Shown in pieces: positions 1 through 13,276 of a stretch of DNA of 64,000 nucleotides (position 1 is the first letter of the stretch; every line of letters starts with the position of its first letter). The DNA comes from Squalus acanthias (lineage: Eukaryota), in the NCBI GenBank assembly GCA_030390025.1, contig JASTWF010000335.1, forward strand, positions 186,001-250,000, written 5' to 3'. Under the pieces are notes generated by a model. The model searched no databases. It had not been told where the DNA came from and saw only the letters and a program-made list of their open reading frames with translations. Both the position numbers and the translations under genes were made by a program.

Positions 1-1320
1 GTACTGCCCCTCCGACACTGCAGTGCTCCCTCAGTACTGCCCTTTCGACAGTGCGGCGCTCCCTCAGTACTGCCCCTCCGACATTGCGGTGCTCCCTCAG
101 TACTGCCCCTCTGACATTGCAGCACTCCCTCAGTACTGCCCCTCCGACAGTGCAGCACTCCCTCAGTACTGCCCCTCCGACAGTGCAGCGCTCCCTCAGT
201 ACTGACCCTCCGACAGTGCAGCGCTCCCTCAGTACTGGCCCTCCGACAGTGCAGCGCTCCCTCAGTACTGCCCCTCTGACAGTGCAGCGCTCCCTCAGTA
301 CTGAACCTCCGACAATGCAGCGCTCCCTCAGTACTGCCCCTCCGACAGTGCAGCGCTCCCTCAGTACTGCCCCTCCGACAGTGTAGCACACCCTCAGTAC
401 TGCACCTCCGACAGTGCAGCATTCCTTCAGTACTGCCCCCTCCGACAGTGCAGCACTCCCTCAGTACTGCCCCTCCGACAGTGCAGCACTCCCTCAGTAC
501 TGCCCCTCCGACAGTGCAGCACTCCCTCAGTACTGCCCCTCCGACAATGCAGCGCTCCCTCAGTACTGCCCCTCCAATAGTGCAGCGCTCCCTCAGTACT
601 GACCCTCCGACAGTGCAGCGCTCCCTCAGTATTGCCCCTCCGACAGTGCGGTGCTCCATCAGTACTGCCCCTCCGACACTGCAGCGCTCCCTCAGTACTG
701 CCCTTTCGACAGTGCGGCGCTCCCTCAGTACTGCCCCTCCGACAGTGCGGTGCTCCCTCAGTACTGCCCCTCTGACATTGCAGCACTCCCTCAGTACTGC
801 CCCTCCGACAGTGCAGCACTCCCTCAGTACTGCCCCTCCGACAGTGCAGCTCTCCCTCAGTACTGCCCCTCCGACAGTGCAGCGCTCCCTCAGTATTGCC
901 CCTCCGACAGTGCAGCGCTCCCTCAGTATTGCCCCTCCGACAGTGCGGTGCTCCATCAGTACTGCCCCTCCGACACAGCAGCGCTCCCTCAGTACTGCCC
1001 TTTCGACAGTGCGGCGCTCCCTCAGTACTGCCCCTCCGACAGTGCGGCGCTACTCAGTACTGCCCCTCCGACAGTGCAGCACTCCCTCAGTACTGCCCCT
1101 CCGACAGTGCGGTGCTCCCTCAGTACTGCCCCTCCGACAGTGCAGCGCTCCCTCAGTACTGCCCCTCCGACAGTGCAGCGCACCATCAGTACTGTTCCTC
1201 TGACAGTGCAGCGCTCCATCTGGAGTGTCAGCCTTGAATTTGTGCTCAACTCTCTGGAGTTGGGGGTCAAACCCATGATCCTCGATCTCAGAGGCGAGAG
1301 AGAGTGCTGCCACTGACACT
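1..1320 (-). repeat. 33-bp minisatellite (CAGTACTGCCCCTCCGACAGTGCAGCGCTCCCT)n inside a DeuSINE/SacSINE1-like SINE; head at about 1220-1320
   Basis: Direct tandem units; the flank matches the SINE heads at 23760 and 39905. Confidence 0.9.
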
Positions 1321-1574
1321 GAACTCTGGAACGGGCCGCTGGCTTGTGCGGTGAACCCCGATTCGCTGAATCCCTTCTGGCGCGAGCTGGACCTGCTTCT
1401 GGCTTGTGCCTGAGACCACCTCGGACAAGAGGGAGGTTACTGGTGACGTTAATCAGTGCCAGGGTGATCTCCTAGGCTAAGTTTGCATGGGGTACCGACG
1501 GATATAAAAGGTATTTCTATTCTTGTAATATTCACAGTGAATCAGGGACCATTGGGAGGGAAGGGGATGTGGGG

Positions 1575-2742
1575 GAGGTAACCCTTCATACAAATCTTTG
1601 ACGGTGGCTGGGATAATTGATAAGGCGGTTAAGACAATGTGCGGGTTACCTTGCTTTGTAAATAGTGGCATTGAATGCAAAAATAAGGAAGTCATTGCAA
1701 AACCTTTACAAATCTCTGGTTAGGCCTCAGCTGGAGTATTGTGTCCAATTCTTGGCATCGCACTTTCGAAAGGATGTCAAGGCCTTGGAGAGGGTGCAGA
1801 GGAGGTTTACCAGGATGACACCAGAGAAGGCCGAGGGGTGACCCAATAGAGGTTTTAAGATTCTTTTTTTTTAATTCGCTTATGGGATGTGGGCAACGCT
1901 GGCAAGGCCGGCATATATTGCCCATCCCTAGTTGCCCTTGAGAAGGTGGTGGTGAGTCGCCTTCTTGAACCGCTGCAGTCCGTGTGGTGAAGGTACTCCC
2001 ACAGTGCTGTTCGGGAGGGAGTTCCAGGAGTTTGACCCAGCGACGATGAAGGATCAGCGATATACTTCTAAGTCAGGATTGGTGTGTGACTTGGAGGGGA
2101 ACTTGGAGGTGGTGGTGTTCCCATGAGCCTGCTGCCCTTGTCCTTCTAGGTGGAAGAGGTCGTGGGTTTGGGAGGTGCTGCCGAAGAAGCCTTGGCGAGT
2201 TGTTGCAGTGCATCTTGTAGATGGTACACACTGCAGCCATGGTGCGGCGGTGGTGGAGGGAGTGAATGTTTAAGGTGGTGGATGGGGTGCCAATCAAGCG
2301 GGCTGCTTTGTCCTGGATGGTGTCGAGCTTCTTGAGTGTTGTTGGAGCTGCAACTCATCCAGGCAAGTGGAGAGTCTTCCATCACACTCCTTACCTGTGC
2401 CTTGTAGATGGTGGAAAGGCTTTGGGGAGTCTGAAAGGGTTCAATAGGGCAGACATAGAGAAGATGTTTCCATCAGTATGAGATAGTCACTCATAAAACC
2501 AACAGGGAATTCAGGAGAAACTTCTTCACCCAGAGGGTGGTGAGAATGTGGAACTCGCTCCCACAGGTAGTAGTTGAGGCGAATAGTATAGATGTAGTTA
2601 AGGGGAAGCTTGATAAACACACGAGGGAGAAAGGAATAGAAGGCTAGGTTGATGGGGTGAGATGAAGTAGGGGAGGGAGGAGGCTCGTGTGGAGCACAAA
2701 CACAGCGGCATGGCCTGTTTCTGTGCTGTATATTCTATGTAA
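1575..2742 (+). mobile_element. Degenerate CR1 LINE 3' fragment, interrupted at about 1862-2428
   Basis: LVRPQLEYCVQF-like and FFTQRVVRMWNSLP sequence; ttctatg tail. Confidence 0.8.
1862..2428 (-). mobile_element. 3' end of a second CR1/L2-group LINE family
   Basis: IGTPSTTLNIHSLHHRR..VCTIYKMH peptide; A-rich tail; 3' end shared with the SINE at 44490. Confidence 0.75.
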
Positions 2743-3108
2743 TTACTTCGCGATACAGTGACTGGGTGTCACGCATACAATCACGGCGGGTATTATATAG
2801 AAAGCGTGGCTCTGGAAACTGCGGAGAGACAACCAACCAGGGAATCAGCTCGCATTTGCGGGTAAATGTCAAGCAAACACCAGAGATTTCATACCATCTG
2901 TATCCTCACTCACGGTACAGGGCCATCATCTTCCAATGGTGAGGCCACACCCGGTGGACTGTGTCCGGTTCTGGGCACCGCACCTTAGAAAGGATATATT
3001 GGCCTTGGAAGGAGTGCAGCGCTAGATTTACCAGACTGTTACCAGGGCTCCGAGGGTCAGATTATGAGGAGAGATTGCATAAACTAGGCTTCTATTCCCT
3101 GGAATACA

Positions 3109-3594
3109 AGTTCCGCACCCATGAGGACAGCCTCTACCGGGATCTTGGGTTCATGTCACGCTACATGTAACCCCACCTGACGTAGAGTCATCCAGACTCG
3201 AGTCGTCGTTGGCTTGTTCTCTCTACACAGCTGCAGCCGGACCTGCTGTGATTTCCAGCAAAAAAAGTAAAAAGTTTTTTGTTTTCCATACAGACCCCAG
3301 CATCTGCCACATTTGACCCCTTGTGACCCCACCTCATTGTCTTTGATGTCATGTTTTCCTGACTGACCTGTTTGGTCACCATCCACACCTGTGATTGCCG
3401 TGATTATCTCTCTGCCGAGCTGTGATGAAGGGCAGTTGGAAAGATTAACTGTAGTCATCTGGCAGTGTTCTCTGACTATATATGCTGTGCCTATATGCAT
3501 CTCTTCACTTTACCTGACGAAGGAGCAGCGCTCCGAAAGCTTGTGATTTCAAATAAAGCTGTTGGACTATAACCTGGTGTTGTGCGACTTCTCA
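3109..3594 (+). mobile_element. Non-autonomous Penelope-like element with hammerhead-bearing terminal repeat
   Basis: 10-bp TSD CTGGAATACA (3099-3108 / 3595-3604). Begins with Penelope ORF C-terminus-like FRTHEDSLYRDLGFMSRYM*. Shares sequence with 6839-7158 and 28382-28839. Confidence 0.75.
3510..3546 (+). ncRNA. Minimal type-I hammerhead ribozyme motif (family A)
   Basis: TTAC-CTGACGA-A-GGAGC(AGC)GCTCC-GAAA-GC-TT-GTGA: stem I, catalytic core, stem II, palindromic vestigial stem III. Confidence 0.75.
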
Positions 3595-4149
3595 CTGGAA
3601 TACAGAAGGTTAAGGGCTGATTTGATTGAGTTTTTTTTTAGGATTTTGAAAGGAATTGATGGAGTTCGATAGAGGACACTTTTTCCACTGGTGGTGGAGG
3701 ATGGACAAGGGGGACATAACCTTAAAATCAGAGCCAGGCCATTCAGGAGAGAGGTTAGGAAACACTTCTTCACACAAAGAATGATCGAAGTGTGGAACTC
3801 TCTCCCACAGAAAGCAGTAAATGCTAGCTCAATTAATCACTTTAAATCTGAGATCGATAGATTTTTGCGAGCCCAGGGTAGAAAAGAATATGGAGCCAAG
3901 GCGGGTGGATGGAGTGAAGATGCAGATCAGCTGTGATCTCATTGAATGGCGGAACAGGCTCGAGGGGCTAAATGGCCTCCTCCTGTTCCTATGTTTAATG
4001 GTGAGCTTGAGGAATCAAATAAGTGGAGGAGGGGGGCGGGAATGGCGTCACGATCCTCTTCCCCCCACCACCGTCCCCAGGTAATGGTGAAAGAAGGGTC
4101 AGTTAGTCATTCGACAACAGCTTGTATTTATATAACGCCTTTAACGTAG

Positions 4150-4375
4150 TGCAGCTCTCCCTCAGTACTGCCCCTCTGACACTGCAGCGCTCCCTCAGCA
4201 CTGCCCCTCTGACACTGCAGCGCTCCCTCAGTACCTCCCCTCTGACAGTGTAGCGCTCCCTCAGAATTGAATGGCGTGTCAGCCTAGATTTTTGTGCTCA
4301 AGTCCCTGAACTGGGACATGAACTCACAAAATTCTGTCTCAATTGTGAGAGTGCGACCAACTGCGCCACTGCTGA
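4150..4375 (-). mobile_element. DeuSINE-like head with about 3 copies of the 33-bp unit
   Basis: Same head and unit as the other arrays. Confidence 0.75.
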
Positions 4376-4377
4376 CC

Positions 4378-5790
4378 CTTTTTAAGAACTGTCTTGAAGG
4401 AGAAGAGTGGCAGAGAGGTTTAGGGAGGGAATTCCAGCACGTAGGGCCCAGGTAGCTGAAGGCACGGCCTCCAATGGTGGAGCGATGGAAATTGGGCAAT
4501 GATTTCTGCACTTTGAAGGCTCGACTGGGTTACCCATTCTCCGAGGATCCTCCCCACCCACGAACACATTGCAGACATACCAGATCTTAGAATCTTCATT
4601 CGTGTCCATTTAATATTTAAGTACAGACAGAGTGTGAGCTCTCTCAGCAGGAGTACAAACACTCAATGCATTTAACATGGAGAGACATTTCAGCAATTGC
4701 AAATACTTTTCACCACGATAGTGCCTGAGTTTCAACAACAACAACAACTGGCATTTAAACAGCGCCTTTAACATAGTAAAAAGGCGCTTCACAGGAGCGA
4801 TTATCAAACACAAATTGACACCGAGCCACATATGCAGAAATTAGGACAGGTGACCAAAAGCTTGATCAAAGAGGCAGGTTTTGAAGGAGAGGAGAGAGGT
4901 GGAGAGGTTGAGGGAAGGAATTCCAGAGCTTTGGGCCTAGGCAACAAAAGGCACGGCCTGCAATGCTGGAGCGATCAAAATCGTGGGGATGCTTAAGAGG
5001 CCAGAATTGGAGGAGAGCTCAGAGATAGGGAGGGTTGTAGGGCTGGAGGAGGTTACAGAGATAGGGAGGTTTGTAGGGGCTGGAGGAGGTTACAGAGATA
5101 GGGAGGGTTGTAGGGGCTGGAGGAGGTTACAGAGATAGGGAGGGTTGTAGGGGCTGGAGGAGGTTACAGAGATAGGGAGGGTTGTAGGGGCTGGAGGAGG
5201 TTACAGCGATAGGGAGGGTTGTAGGGGCTGGAGGAGGTTACAGAGATAGGGAGGGTTGTAGGGACTGGAGGAGGTTACAGAGATAGGGAGGGTTGTAGGA
5301 CCTGGAGGAGGTTAAAGATAGGGAGGGTTGTAGGGGCTGGAGGAGGTTACAGAGATAGGGAGGATTGTAGGGGCTGGAGGAGGTTAGAGATAGGGAGGTT
5401 TGTAGGGGCTGGAGGAGGTTATAGAGATAGGGAGGGTTGTAGGACCTGGAGGAGGTTAAAGATAGGGAGGGTTGTAGGGCTGGAGGAGGTTACAGAGATA
5501 GGGAGGATTGTAGGGGCCGGAGGAGGTTAGAGATAGGGAGGGTTGTAGGGGCTGGAGGAGGTTAGAGATAGGGAGGTTTGTAGGGCTGGAGGAGGTTACA
5601 GAGATAGGGAGGATTGTAGGGGCCGGAGGAGGTTAGAGATAGGGAGGGTTGTAGGGGCTGGAGGAGGTTAGAGATAGGGAGGGTTGTAGCGGCTGAAGGA
5701 GATTACAGAGATAGGGAGGGGGGCGTGGGGGTGGGCGGGGGTCGAGGCCATGGACTGATTTGAAAACAAGGATGAGAGTTTTAAAATGTC
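4378..5790 (-). mobile_element. L2 LINE 3' fragments (4378-4500, 4735-5790)
   Basis: TIGGRAFSYLGPTCWNSLP peptide; (CAA)n tail on the plus strand near 4735. Confidence 0.75.
5020..5720 (+). repeat. About 37-bp minisatellite (GGGGCTGGAGGAGGTTACAGAGATAGGGAGGGTTGTA)n inside L2
   Basis: Tandem units of 34-37 bp; single-copy counterpart in the L2 at about 27585-27625. Confidence 0.9.
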
Positions 5791-5944
5791 ACCATTACGT
5801 AGCACCTCTGTAAACCCCAGGAACAGTCTTCTAGTCTCTGTCTTCGATGGACATCCAGCAATATTTTCAGCTGAAAGATTAGTTTGCCAAAAAAGGTAGG
5901 AATTGTTAATATTTGCAGCGCTAAAATGCAGTCGTCAGATCCAA

Positions 5945-7545
5945 TAAATTATCAAGAAGGCTAATAGAATGTTAGCTTTCATAACTGGAGGAGTAGAATA
6001 TAAAGGGGAGGACATTTTTGCAACAGCTGTACAAAGCCCTGGTTGGACCACCTCTGGAGTAGTGTGAGCAGTTTTGGGCACCTCATCTTAGAATGGAAAT
6101 AGTGACCTTGGAGGGAGTGCAGAGCAAATTCACTAGAATAGAAACATAGAAGATAGGAGCAGGAGTAGGCCATTCAGCCCCTCAAGCCTGCTCCGCCATT
6201 CAATGAGATCATAGCTGATCATCCAAACTCAGTACCCTGTCCCTGCCTTCTCCCCATATCCCTTGATACCTTTAGCTTTAAGAAATATATCTAACTCATT
6301 CTTGAATATATTTAATAAATTGGCCTCTACTGCCTTCTGTGGTAGAGAATTCCACAGGTTCACCACTCTCTGGGTGAAGAAATTCCTCCTCCTCTCAGTC
6401 CTAAATGGCTTACCCCTTATCCTTAGATTATGACCCCTGGTTCTGGACTCTGCATCTAGTCTGTCTAGTCCTGTTAGAATTTTATAAGTTTCAATGAGAT
6501 CCCCTCTCATTCTTCTAAACTCCAGCGAGTATAAGCCCAATCGACCCAATCTCTCCTCATACGTCATTCCTGCCATCCCAGGTATCAGCCTGGTGAATCT
6601 TCGCTGAACTCCTTCCATGGCAAGAACATCCTTCCTCAGATAAGGCGACCAAAACTGCACACAATACTCAAGGTGTGGTCTCACCAAGGCCCTGTACAAC
6701 TGCAGCAGGACATCCTTGTTCCTGTACTCGAACCCTTTCGCTACGAATGTTGGCAGGGCTCCAACTGTTAGATTATGAGGAGAGATTACATAAACTAGGC
6801 TTGTATTCCCCGGAATATAGAAGGTTAAGGGCTGATTTATGTGAGAAGTCACACAACACCAGGTTATAGTCCAACAGCTTTATTTGAAATCACAAGCTTT
6901 TGGAGCGCTGCTCCTTCACCTGACGAAGGAGCAGCGCTACGAAAGCTTGTGATTTCAAATAAAGCTGTGAGGTGGAGATGCCGGTGTTGGACTGGGGTGG
7001 ACAAAAGTGAGAAGTCGCACAACACCAGGTTATAGTCCAACAGAAGGGGCAGCAGCTCCGAAAGCTTGTGATTTCAAATAAAACTGTTGGACTATAACCT
7101 GGTGTTGTGCGACTTCTCACATTTGTCCACCCCAGTCCAACACCGTCATCTCCACATCAAGGGCTGATTTGATTGAGGTCTTTTAGGATTTTGAAAGGAA
7201 TTCATAGGGTTAGATAGAGAGAGACATTTTCCACTGGTGGGAGCAGTCTAGGACAAGGAGACATCACCTTAAAATCAGAACCAGGCCATTCAGGAGAGAA
7301 GATAGGAAACACTTCTACACGCAGAGGGTGGTCGAAGTGTGCAGCTCTCTCCCACATAAAGCAGCAAGATGCGAGCTCAGTGAATCATTTTAAATCTGAG
7401 ATCGATAGATTTTTGCTAGGCGAGGGTATAAAGAGATACGGAGCCAAGGCGGGTGGATAGAGTTCGGATACAGATCAGCCATGAGCTCACTGAGCGGCAG
7501 AACAGGCTCGAGGGGCTGAATGGCCTTCTCCTGTTCATATGTCTA
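5945..7545 (+). mobile_element. CR1 3' fragment hosting a nested antisense CR1 (about 6138-6745) and a Penelope-derived insert
   Basis: Host reads through ...ttcactagaat|gttggcaggg. The nested copy (ORF 6229-6852) is the same subfamily as 61137-61970. Confidence 0.8.
6839..7158. mobile_element. Insert made of inverted Penelope-type terminal-repeat fragments; hammerhead motif at 6916-6952 (+)
   Basis: 12-bp TSD AAGGGCTGATTT (6827-6838 / 7159-7170); two consecutive inverted-repeat cassettes. Confidence 0.75.
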
Positions 7546-7767
7546 CAAGTACTGACAACACTGAGCAGAGAACGAAGGCTGCAGTTGTGATGTGTAAGGA
7601 ATGATGAACATTTCTATTTGGAGATCTTTACATACTCACTTTAGACATTCCTGCGCCCCAGATCGTCCCATTAACATCAACATCCTCTTTTCCCTCATTT
7701 TCTCCCTTTCTCTTCTCATCCACATCTGGGTAATGGTTTCACTGGACAGCTCGCAGATTCCCACTGG

Positions 7768-8035
7768 TCTGTGTGTGTGTGTCTGTGAGTTTGAGTGGGT
7801 GTGTGTATGTGTGTAAGTGTGTGTGTGTGTATGAATGTGTGTGTGAGTGTATGTGTGTGTGTGTATGTGTGAGTGTATGAATGTGTGTGTGTGTGAGTGT
7901 ATGTGTGTGAGTGTATGTGTCTGAGTGTGTATGATTGTGTGTGTGTGAGTGTATATGTGTGTGTGCGTGTGTGTGTATATGTGTGTGTGCGTGTGCGTGT
8001 GTGTATATGTGTGTGTGCGTGTGTGTATATGTGTG

Positions 8036-8078
<43 letters not shown>

Positions 8079-8336
8079 GTGTGTGCGTGTGCGTGTGCGT
8101 ATATATGTGCGTGTGCGTGTGTGTGAGTGTATGTGTGAGTGTATGTGTGTGTCTGTGTCTGTGAGTGTGGGAGAGTGAGTGAGTTTGAGAGTGTGTGTGT
8201 GAGTTTCAGTGTGTGTGTGTGAGTGTATGTGTGAGTGTGTGTGTGAGTTTGAGGGTGTGTGTATGTGTGTGTGTGTGTATGACTGTGTGAGTGTGAGAGT
8301 TTGAGAGTGTGTGTGAGAGTGTGAGTGTGAGTGTGT
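7768..8336 (+). repeat. Degenerate (GT)n microsatellite; further tracts at about 10410-10600, 11412-11722 and 13280-13710
   Basis: Seen directly. Confidence 0.95.
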
Positions 8337-10395
8337 GAACATAAGAAGTAAGAGCAGGAGTCGGCCATACAGCCCCTCGAGCCTGCTCCGCTATTCAATA
8401 AGATCATGGCTGATCATCGACCTCAACACTTTCCCGCCCGATCTCCATACCCCTTGATTCCCCTAGAGTCCAAAAATCTATCGATCTCAGCCTTGAATAT
8501 ACTCAAAGACTGAGCATCCACAGCCCTCTGGGGCAGAGAATTCCAAAGATTCACAACCCTCTGAGTGAAGAAATTCTTCCTCATCTCAGTCTTAAATGGC
8601 CCAACTCTTATCCTGAGACTATGCCCCCTGGTTCTAGACTCTCCAGCCAGGGGGAAACAACCTCTCAGCATCTACCCTGTCAATCCCCTTCAGAATCTTG
8701 TATGTTTCAATGAGATCACCTCTCATTCTTCTAAACTCCAGAGAGTATAGGCCCATTCTACACAATCTCTCATCATAGGACAGCCCTCTCATCCCAGGAA
8801 TCAATCTAGTGAACCTTCGTTGCACCGCCTCCAAGGCAAGTATATCCTTCCTTAAATAAGGAGACCAGAACTGTGCACAGTACTCCAGCTGTGGTCTCAC
8901 CAAGGCCCTGTACAATTGTAGCAAGACTTCCTTACTCGTATACTCCAACCCCCTTGCAATAAAGGCCAATATGCCATTTGCCTTCCTTATTGCTTGCTGT
9001 ACCTGCATGCTAGCTTTCTGTGTTTCTTGCACGAGGACACCCAAATCTCTCTGAACACCAACTTTTGAAAGTTTCTCACCATTTAAAAAATATTGTTTTT
9101 CTATTCTTCCTACCAAAGTGAATAACCTCACATTTCCCTACATTATACTCTATCTGCCACCTTACTGCCCACTCACTTAGTCTATCTATATCCCTTTGCA
9201 GACTCTTTGTGTTCTCCTCACAGCTTACTGTCCCAGCTAGCTTTGTATCATCAGCAAACTTGGATACATTACACTTGGTCCCTTCATCTAGGTCATTAAT
9301 ATAGATTGTAAATAGCTGAGGACCCAACACTGATCCTTGCGTCACCCCACTAATTACAGCCTGCCAACCTGAAAAAGAACTGTTTATCCCTACTCTCTGT
9401 TTGCTGTCCGTTAACCAATCCTCCATCCATGCTACTATATTACCCCCAACCCCATGAGCCCTAATCTTGTGTAATAACCTTTTATGTGGCACCTTATCGA
9501 ATGCCTTTTGGAAATCCAAATATACTACATCCACTGGTTCTCCTTTATCTACCCTGCTAGTTACATCCTCAAAAAACTCGAATAAATTTGTCAAACACGA
9601 TTTCCCTTTCATAAAACCATGTTGACTCTGCCTAATCATATTATGATTTTCTAAGTGACTGGATACCACTTCCTGAAAAATGGATTCCAGCATTTTCCCA
9701 ACGACTGATGTCAGGCTAACTGGCCTGTAGTTCCCTGTTTTTTCTCTCCCTCCTTTCTTGAATAGTGGTGTTACATTTGCGACCTTCCAATCCACTGGAA
9801 CCTCTCCAGAATCTAGGGAATTTTGGAAGATCAAAACCAATGCATCCACTATCTCTTCAGCCACCTCTTTTAGAACCCTAGGATGTAGGCCGTCAGGTCC
9901 AGGTGATTTGTCTGGCTTTTAGTCCCATTAGTTTCTCTAGTACTTTTTCTCTACTTATATTCATTATGTTAAGTTCCTCACCCTCATTAGACCCTTGTTT
10001 ACCCTCCATTTTTGGTATGCTTTTTGTGTCTTCTACTGTGAAGACAGATACAAAATATTTGTTTAATGTTTCTGCCATTTCCTTATTCCCAATAATAATT
10101 TCTCCTGTCTCAGCCTCTGAGGGACCAATGTTTACTTTTTCTAATCTTTTCCTTTTTACATACTTGTAGAAACTCTTACAGTCTGCTTTTATATTTCTTG
10201 CTAGTTTTCTCTCATTCTATTTTTTCCCTTTTTATCAATTTTTTGGTCAACCTTTGCTGGTTTCTGAAACTCTCCCAATCCTCAGGCTTACTATTATTCT
10301 TTGCAAAATTATAAGCTTCTTCTTTCAATCTAATTCTATCCTTAACTTCTTTAGTTAGCCACGGTTGGATCTCTTTTCCCGTGGAGTTTTTGTTT
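8337..10395 (-). mobile_element. 5'-truncated CR1 LINE (RT domain, frameshifted)
   Basis: [20 protein letters not shown] and FADD motifs in ORF 9076-9864; tail at 8337. Confidence 0.93.
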
Positions 10396-10495
10396 CTCTG
10401 TTTGTCACTGAGTTTGGGAGTGTGTGTGAGTGTGTGAGTTTGAGAGAGTGTGTGTGAGGGTGTGTGTGTGTGTGTTTGAGAGAGTGAGTGAGTTT

Positions 10496-10544
<49 letters not shown>

Positions 10545-10613
10545 TTTGAGTCTTTGTGTGTGTGTGAGTTTGAGTGTGAGCATATGTGTGTATGTGTGAG
10601 TGTCAGTTACATT

Positions 10614-11378
10614 GGGCCAAAAATTCGGCCCTTGCCGGGTGAGTATGCGCTGTGTACTCACCCGTAAGACGTCCTGAAGTGCTGGTTTCCTGCATGCACT
10701 GTGCATGCGCGGGAAACCGGAACATCCGGTCTGCTGAAGGGAGCGGTTCAGAGGTGAACCGCGTGCGTGGGAGAGGCTGCGCGCACACAGCAAACTTAGG
10801 GTTTTTTTCAGGTTTCTACAGGAGGGTAAGTATTGAAGAACCTGTGCTTTTAAAAAGGAGGCGCAGGACCCGTTTTCAACAAGGTAAGTGGTTAATTAAT
10901 TATAATTAAAAAAAATTTCAACAGGTTTATCTTTTTTAGATACTTTAAAGAAAGGGAAGTATATTTTTAGCACTGTTAAAAAGTATTTTAATTTTTTCAA
11001 AAATTTAAATTTTTGTTTAAAGTAGTTAATTTATTTAACTTATAGTTATTTTATAAATGTGATGGTTTTTTAAAAAATGTATTTGAAGTTTAGGTGTTGT
11101 TTTGGGGCTGATTTCAATTCATAGATTTGACAGGTCTTCCTGTCAAATCTATGAATGAAAGATGGTCTGCTGCCATTGGCTCTCCATGGCCCACGTGATC
11201 CCAGGGGACGCATCACACTAACTACACCCCTGGGATACACAAGCACTGCACGCCGGCAGCTGCAGGAGGCCCAGGAGCTGAAGTTCCCCGTGGGCCAGAA
11301 GTCAACAGCAGGCGCGGTAGCTAAGTGCGCGCGCGATCCTTGCACCCACGGGAAGCCGGAGAGGCGAATTTCAGGGCC
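10614..11378. mobile_element. Non-autonomous DNA transposon, PIF/Harbinger-like
   Basis: 3-bp TSD ATT; imperfect TIR GGGCCAAAAATTCG / CGAATTTCAGGGCC; paralogous empty site at about 13533-13560. Confidence 0.75.
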
Positions 11379-11723
11379 ATTATAAACACAGCGGGAAGAT
11401 TCCCTCTGGTCTGTGTGTGTGTGAATGTGCCTGTGTGTCTGTCTGTCCGTGTGCCCATGTGAGAGCGTGTGTGAGTGCGTGTGTGTTTGTGTGAGTGGGT
11501 GTATGAATGTGAGTCTGTGTGTGTGTGTGTCTGTCTGTGAGTTTGAGTGGGTGTGTGAGCGTGTGTGTGTCTGTGAGTTTGAGTGTGTGTGTGAGTGAGT
11601 GAGTGTGTGTGTAAGTGTGTGTGAGTGTGTGAGTGCATGTGTGAGTGTGTGTATGTGTAATTGTGGGTGTGTGTGTGTGTGTGTGAGAGTTAGTGAGTTT
11701 GAGTGTGTGTGTGAGTGTATATA

Positions 11724-13276
11724 TGTTGAGATGGTGGCGGGTAGCATGCTGCGGGATGGAGTTGAGGACACTCGCGTCGAAGACAGAGTCTCGGTTAAGG
11801 AGATCTTCGAAGTGCTCCTTCCAGCAGGCACTGACTGCCTCTCTGTCCTTGATGAGTACCTCTCCGTTCTTGGCCCGCAGTGGGGTAGGACCTTGGGTGC
11901 TTGGGCCGTAGATGGTCTTGACTGCGCTAAAGAATCCACGCACATCACGGTTGTCGGCTAGCTGCTGGATCTCCTGCGCTTTCTCCGCACAACCCCAGCC
12001 CGGCATGAGGTTGAAAAGGCCATCCGACAACTGAAGAACAACAAGGCCTCAGGAGCAGATGGAATCCCCGCCGAGGCACTAAAGCATGGCGGAGAAGCAC
12101 TACTGGTGCGAATTCATGAACTAATTTCTCTTATCTGGAAGGAGGAGAGCATGCCAGGGGATCTCAGAGACGCCGTAATTGTGACCATCTTCAAGAAAGG
12201 TGACAAGTCCGATTGCGGTAATTACAGAGGAGTTTCTCTGCTGTCTGCCACAGGGAAAGTCATCACAAGAATCCTCCTCAATCTCCCAGTGGCTGAAGAG
12301 CTCCTCCCAGAGTCGCAATGCGGATTCCGCCCACGAAGGGGCACAATGGACATGATCTTCACCGCGCGTCAATTACAAGAGAAATGCAGGGAACAGCACC
12401 AACCGCTGTACATGGCCTTTTTTGACCTCACAAAGGCCTTCGACACTGTCAACTGTGAGAGATTATGGAGTGTCCTCCTCAAATTCGGCTGCCCTCAAAA
12501 GTTTGTCACCATCCTCCGCCTGCTTCACGACGACATGCAAGCCATGATCCTGACCAACGGTTCCACCACAGACCCAATTCACGTACGGACCAGGGTCAAG
12601 CAAGGCTGTGTCATCGCACCAACGCTCTTCTCGATCTTCCTTGCTGCAATGCTCCATCTCACCCTCAGTAATCTCCCCACTGGAGTGGAGCTAATTTACA
12701 CAACAAACAGGAAACTGTTCAACCTCCGTTGCCTCCAGTCCAGGTCCAAGGTCGTCCCATCCTCTGTCGTCGAATTACAGTATGCAGACGACGCTTGCGT
12801 CTGCGCTCACTCGGAGGTCGAACTCCAAACCATCGTCAACACCTTCACCGAAGCGTACGAGAGCATGGGCCTTACACTAAACATCCGTAAGACAAAGGTC
12901 CTCTACCAACCTGCCCCCGCCACACAGTACTGCCCCCCGATTATCAAAATCCACAACAAGGCCTTGGACAACGTGGACCACTTTCCATACCTCGGGAGCC
13001 TACTGTCAACAAGGGTAGATGTCGACGACGAAGTCCAACACCGCCTTCAGTGTGCCAGTGCAGCCTTCGGTCGCCTGAGGAAGAGAGTGTTTGAAGACCA
13101 GGTCCTCAAACCCGGCACTAAGCTCATGGTCCACAGAGCAGCAGTGATACCTGCTCTACTGTATGTCTCAGAGACATGGACCATGTACAGCAGGCACCTC
13201 AAAGCACTGGAGAGGTACCACCAACGCTGCCTCCGCAAGATCCTGCAAGTCCATTGGCAGGATAGGCACACCAACG
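11724..13276 (+). mobile_element. RTE-clade LINE fragment with inverted 5' segment (11724-11986 on the minus strand)
   Basis: ORF 12106-13326: GDKSDCGNYRGVSLL, FFDLTKAFD, VKQGCVIAP, YADD, YLGS, ALLYVSETWT. Confidence 0.9.

Larger units (their letters stand above)
2915..4000 (+). mobile_element. CR1 3' fragment interrupted by a Penelope-derived insert
   Basis: RFTRLLPGLRGSDYEERL and FFTQRMIEVWNSLP peptides. Confidence 0.8.

Noticed and set aside
7716..8407. His/Thr-rich and Cys/Val-rich ORFs
   Set aside because: Translations of (CA/GT)n microsatellite.
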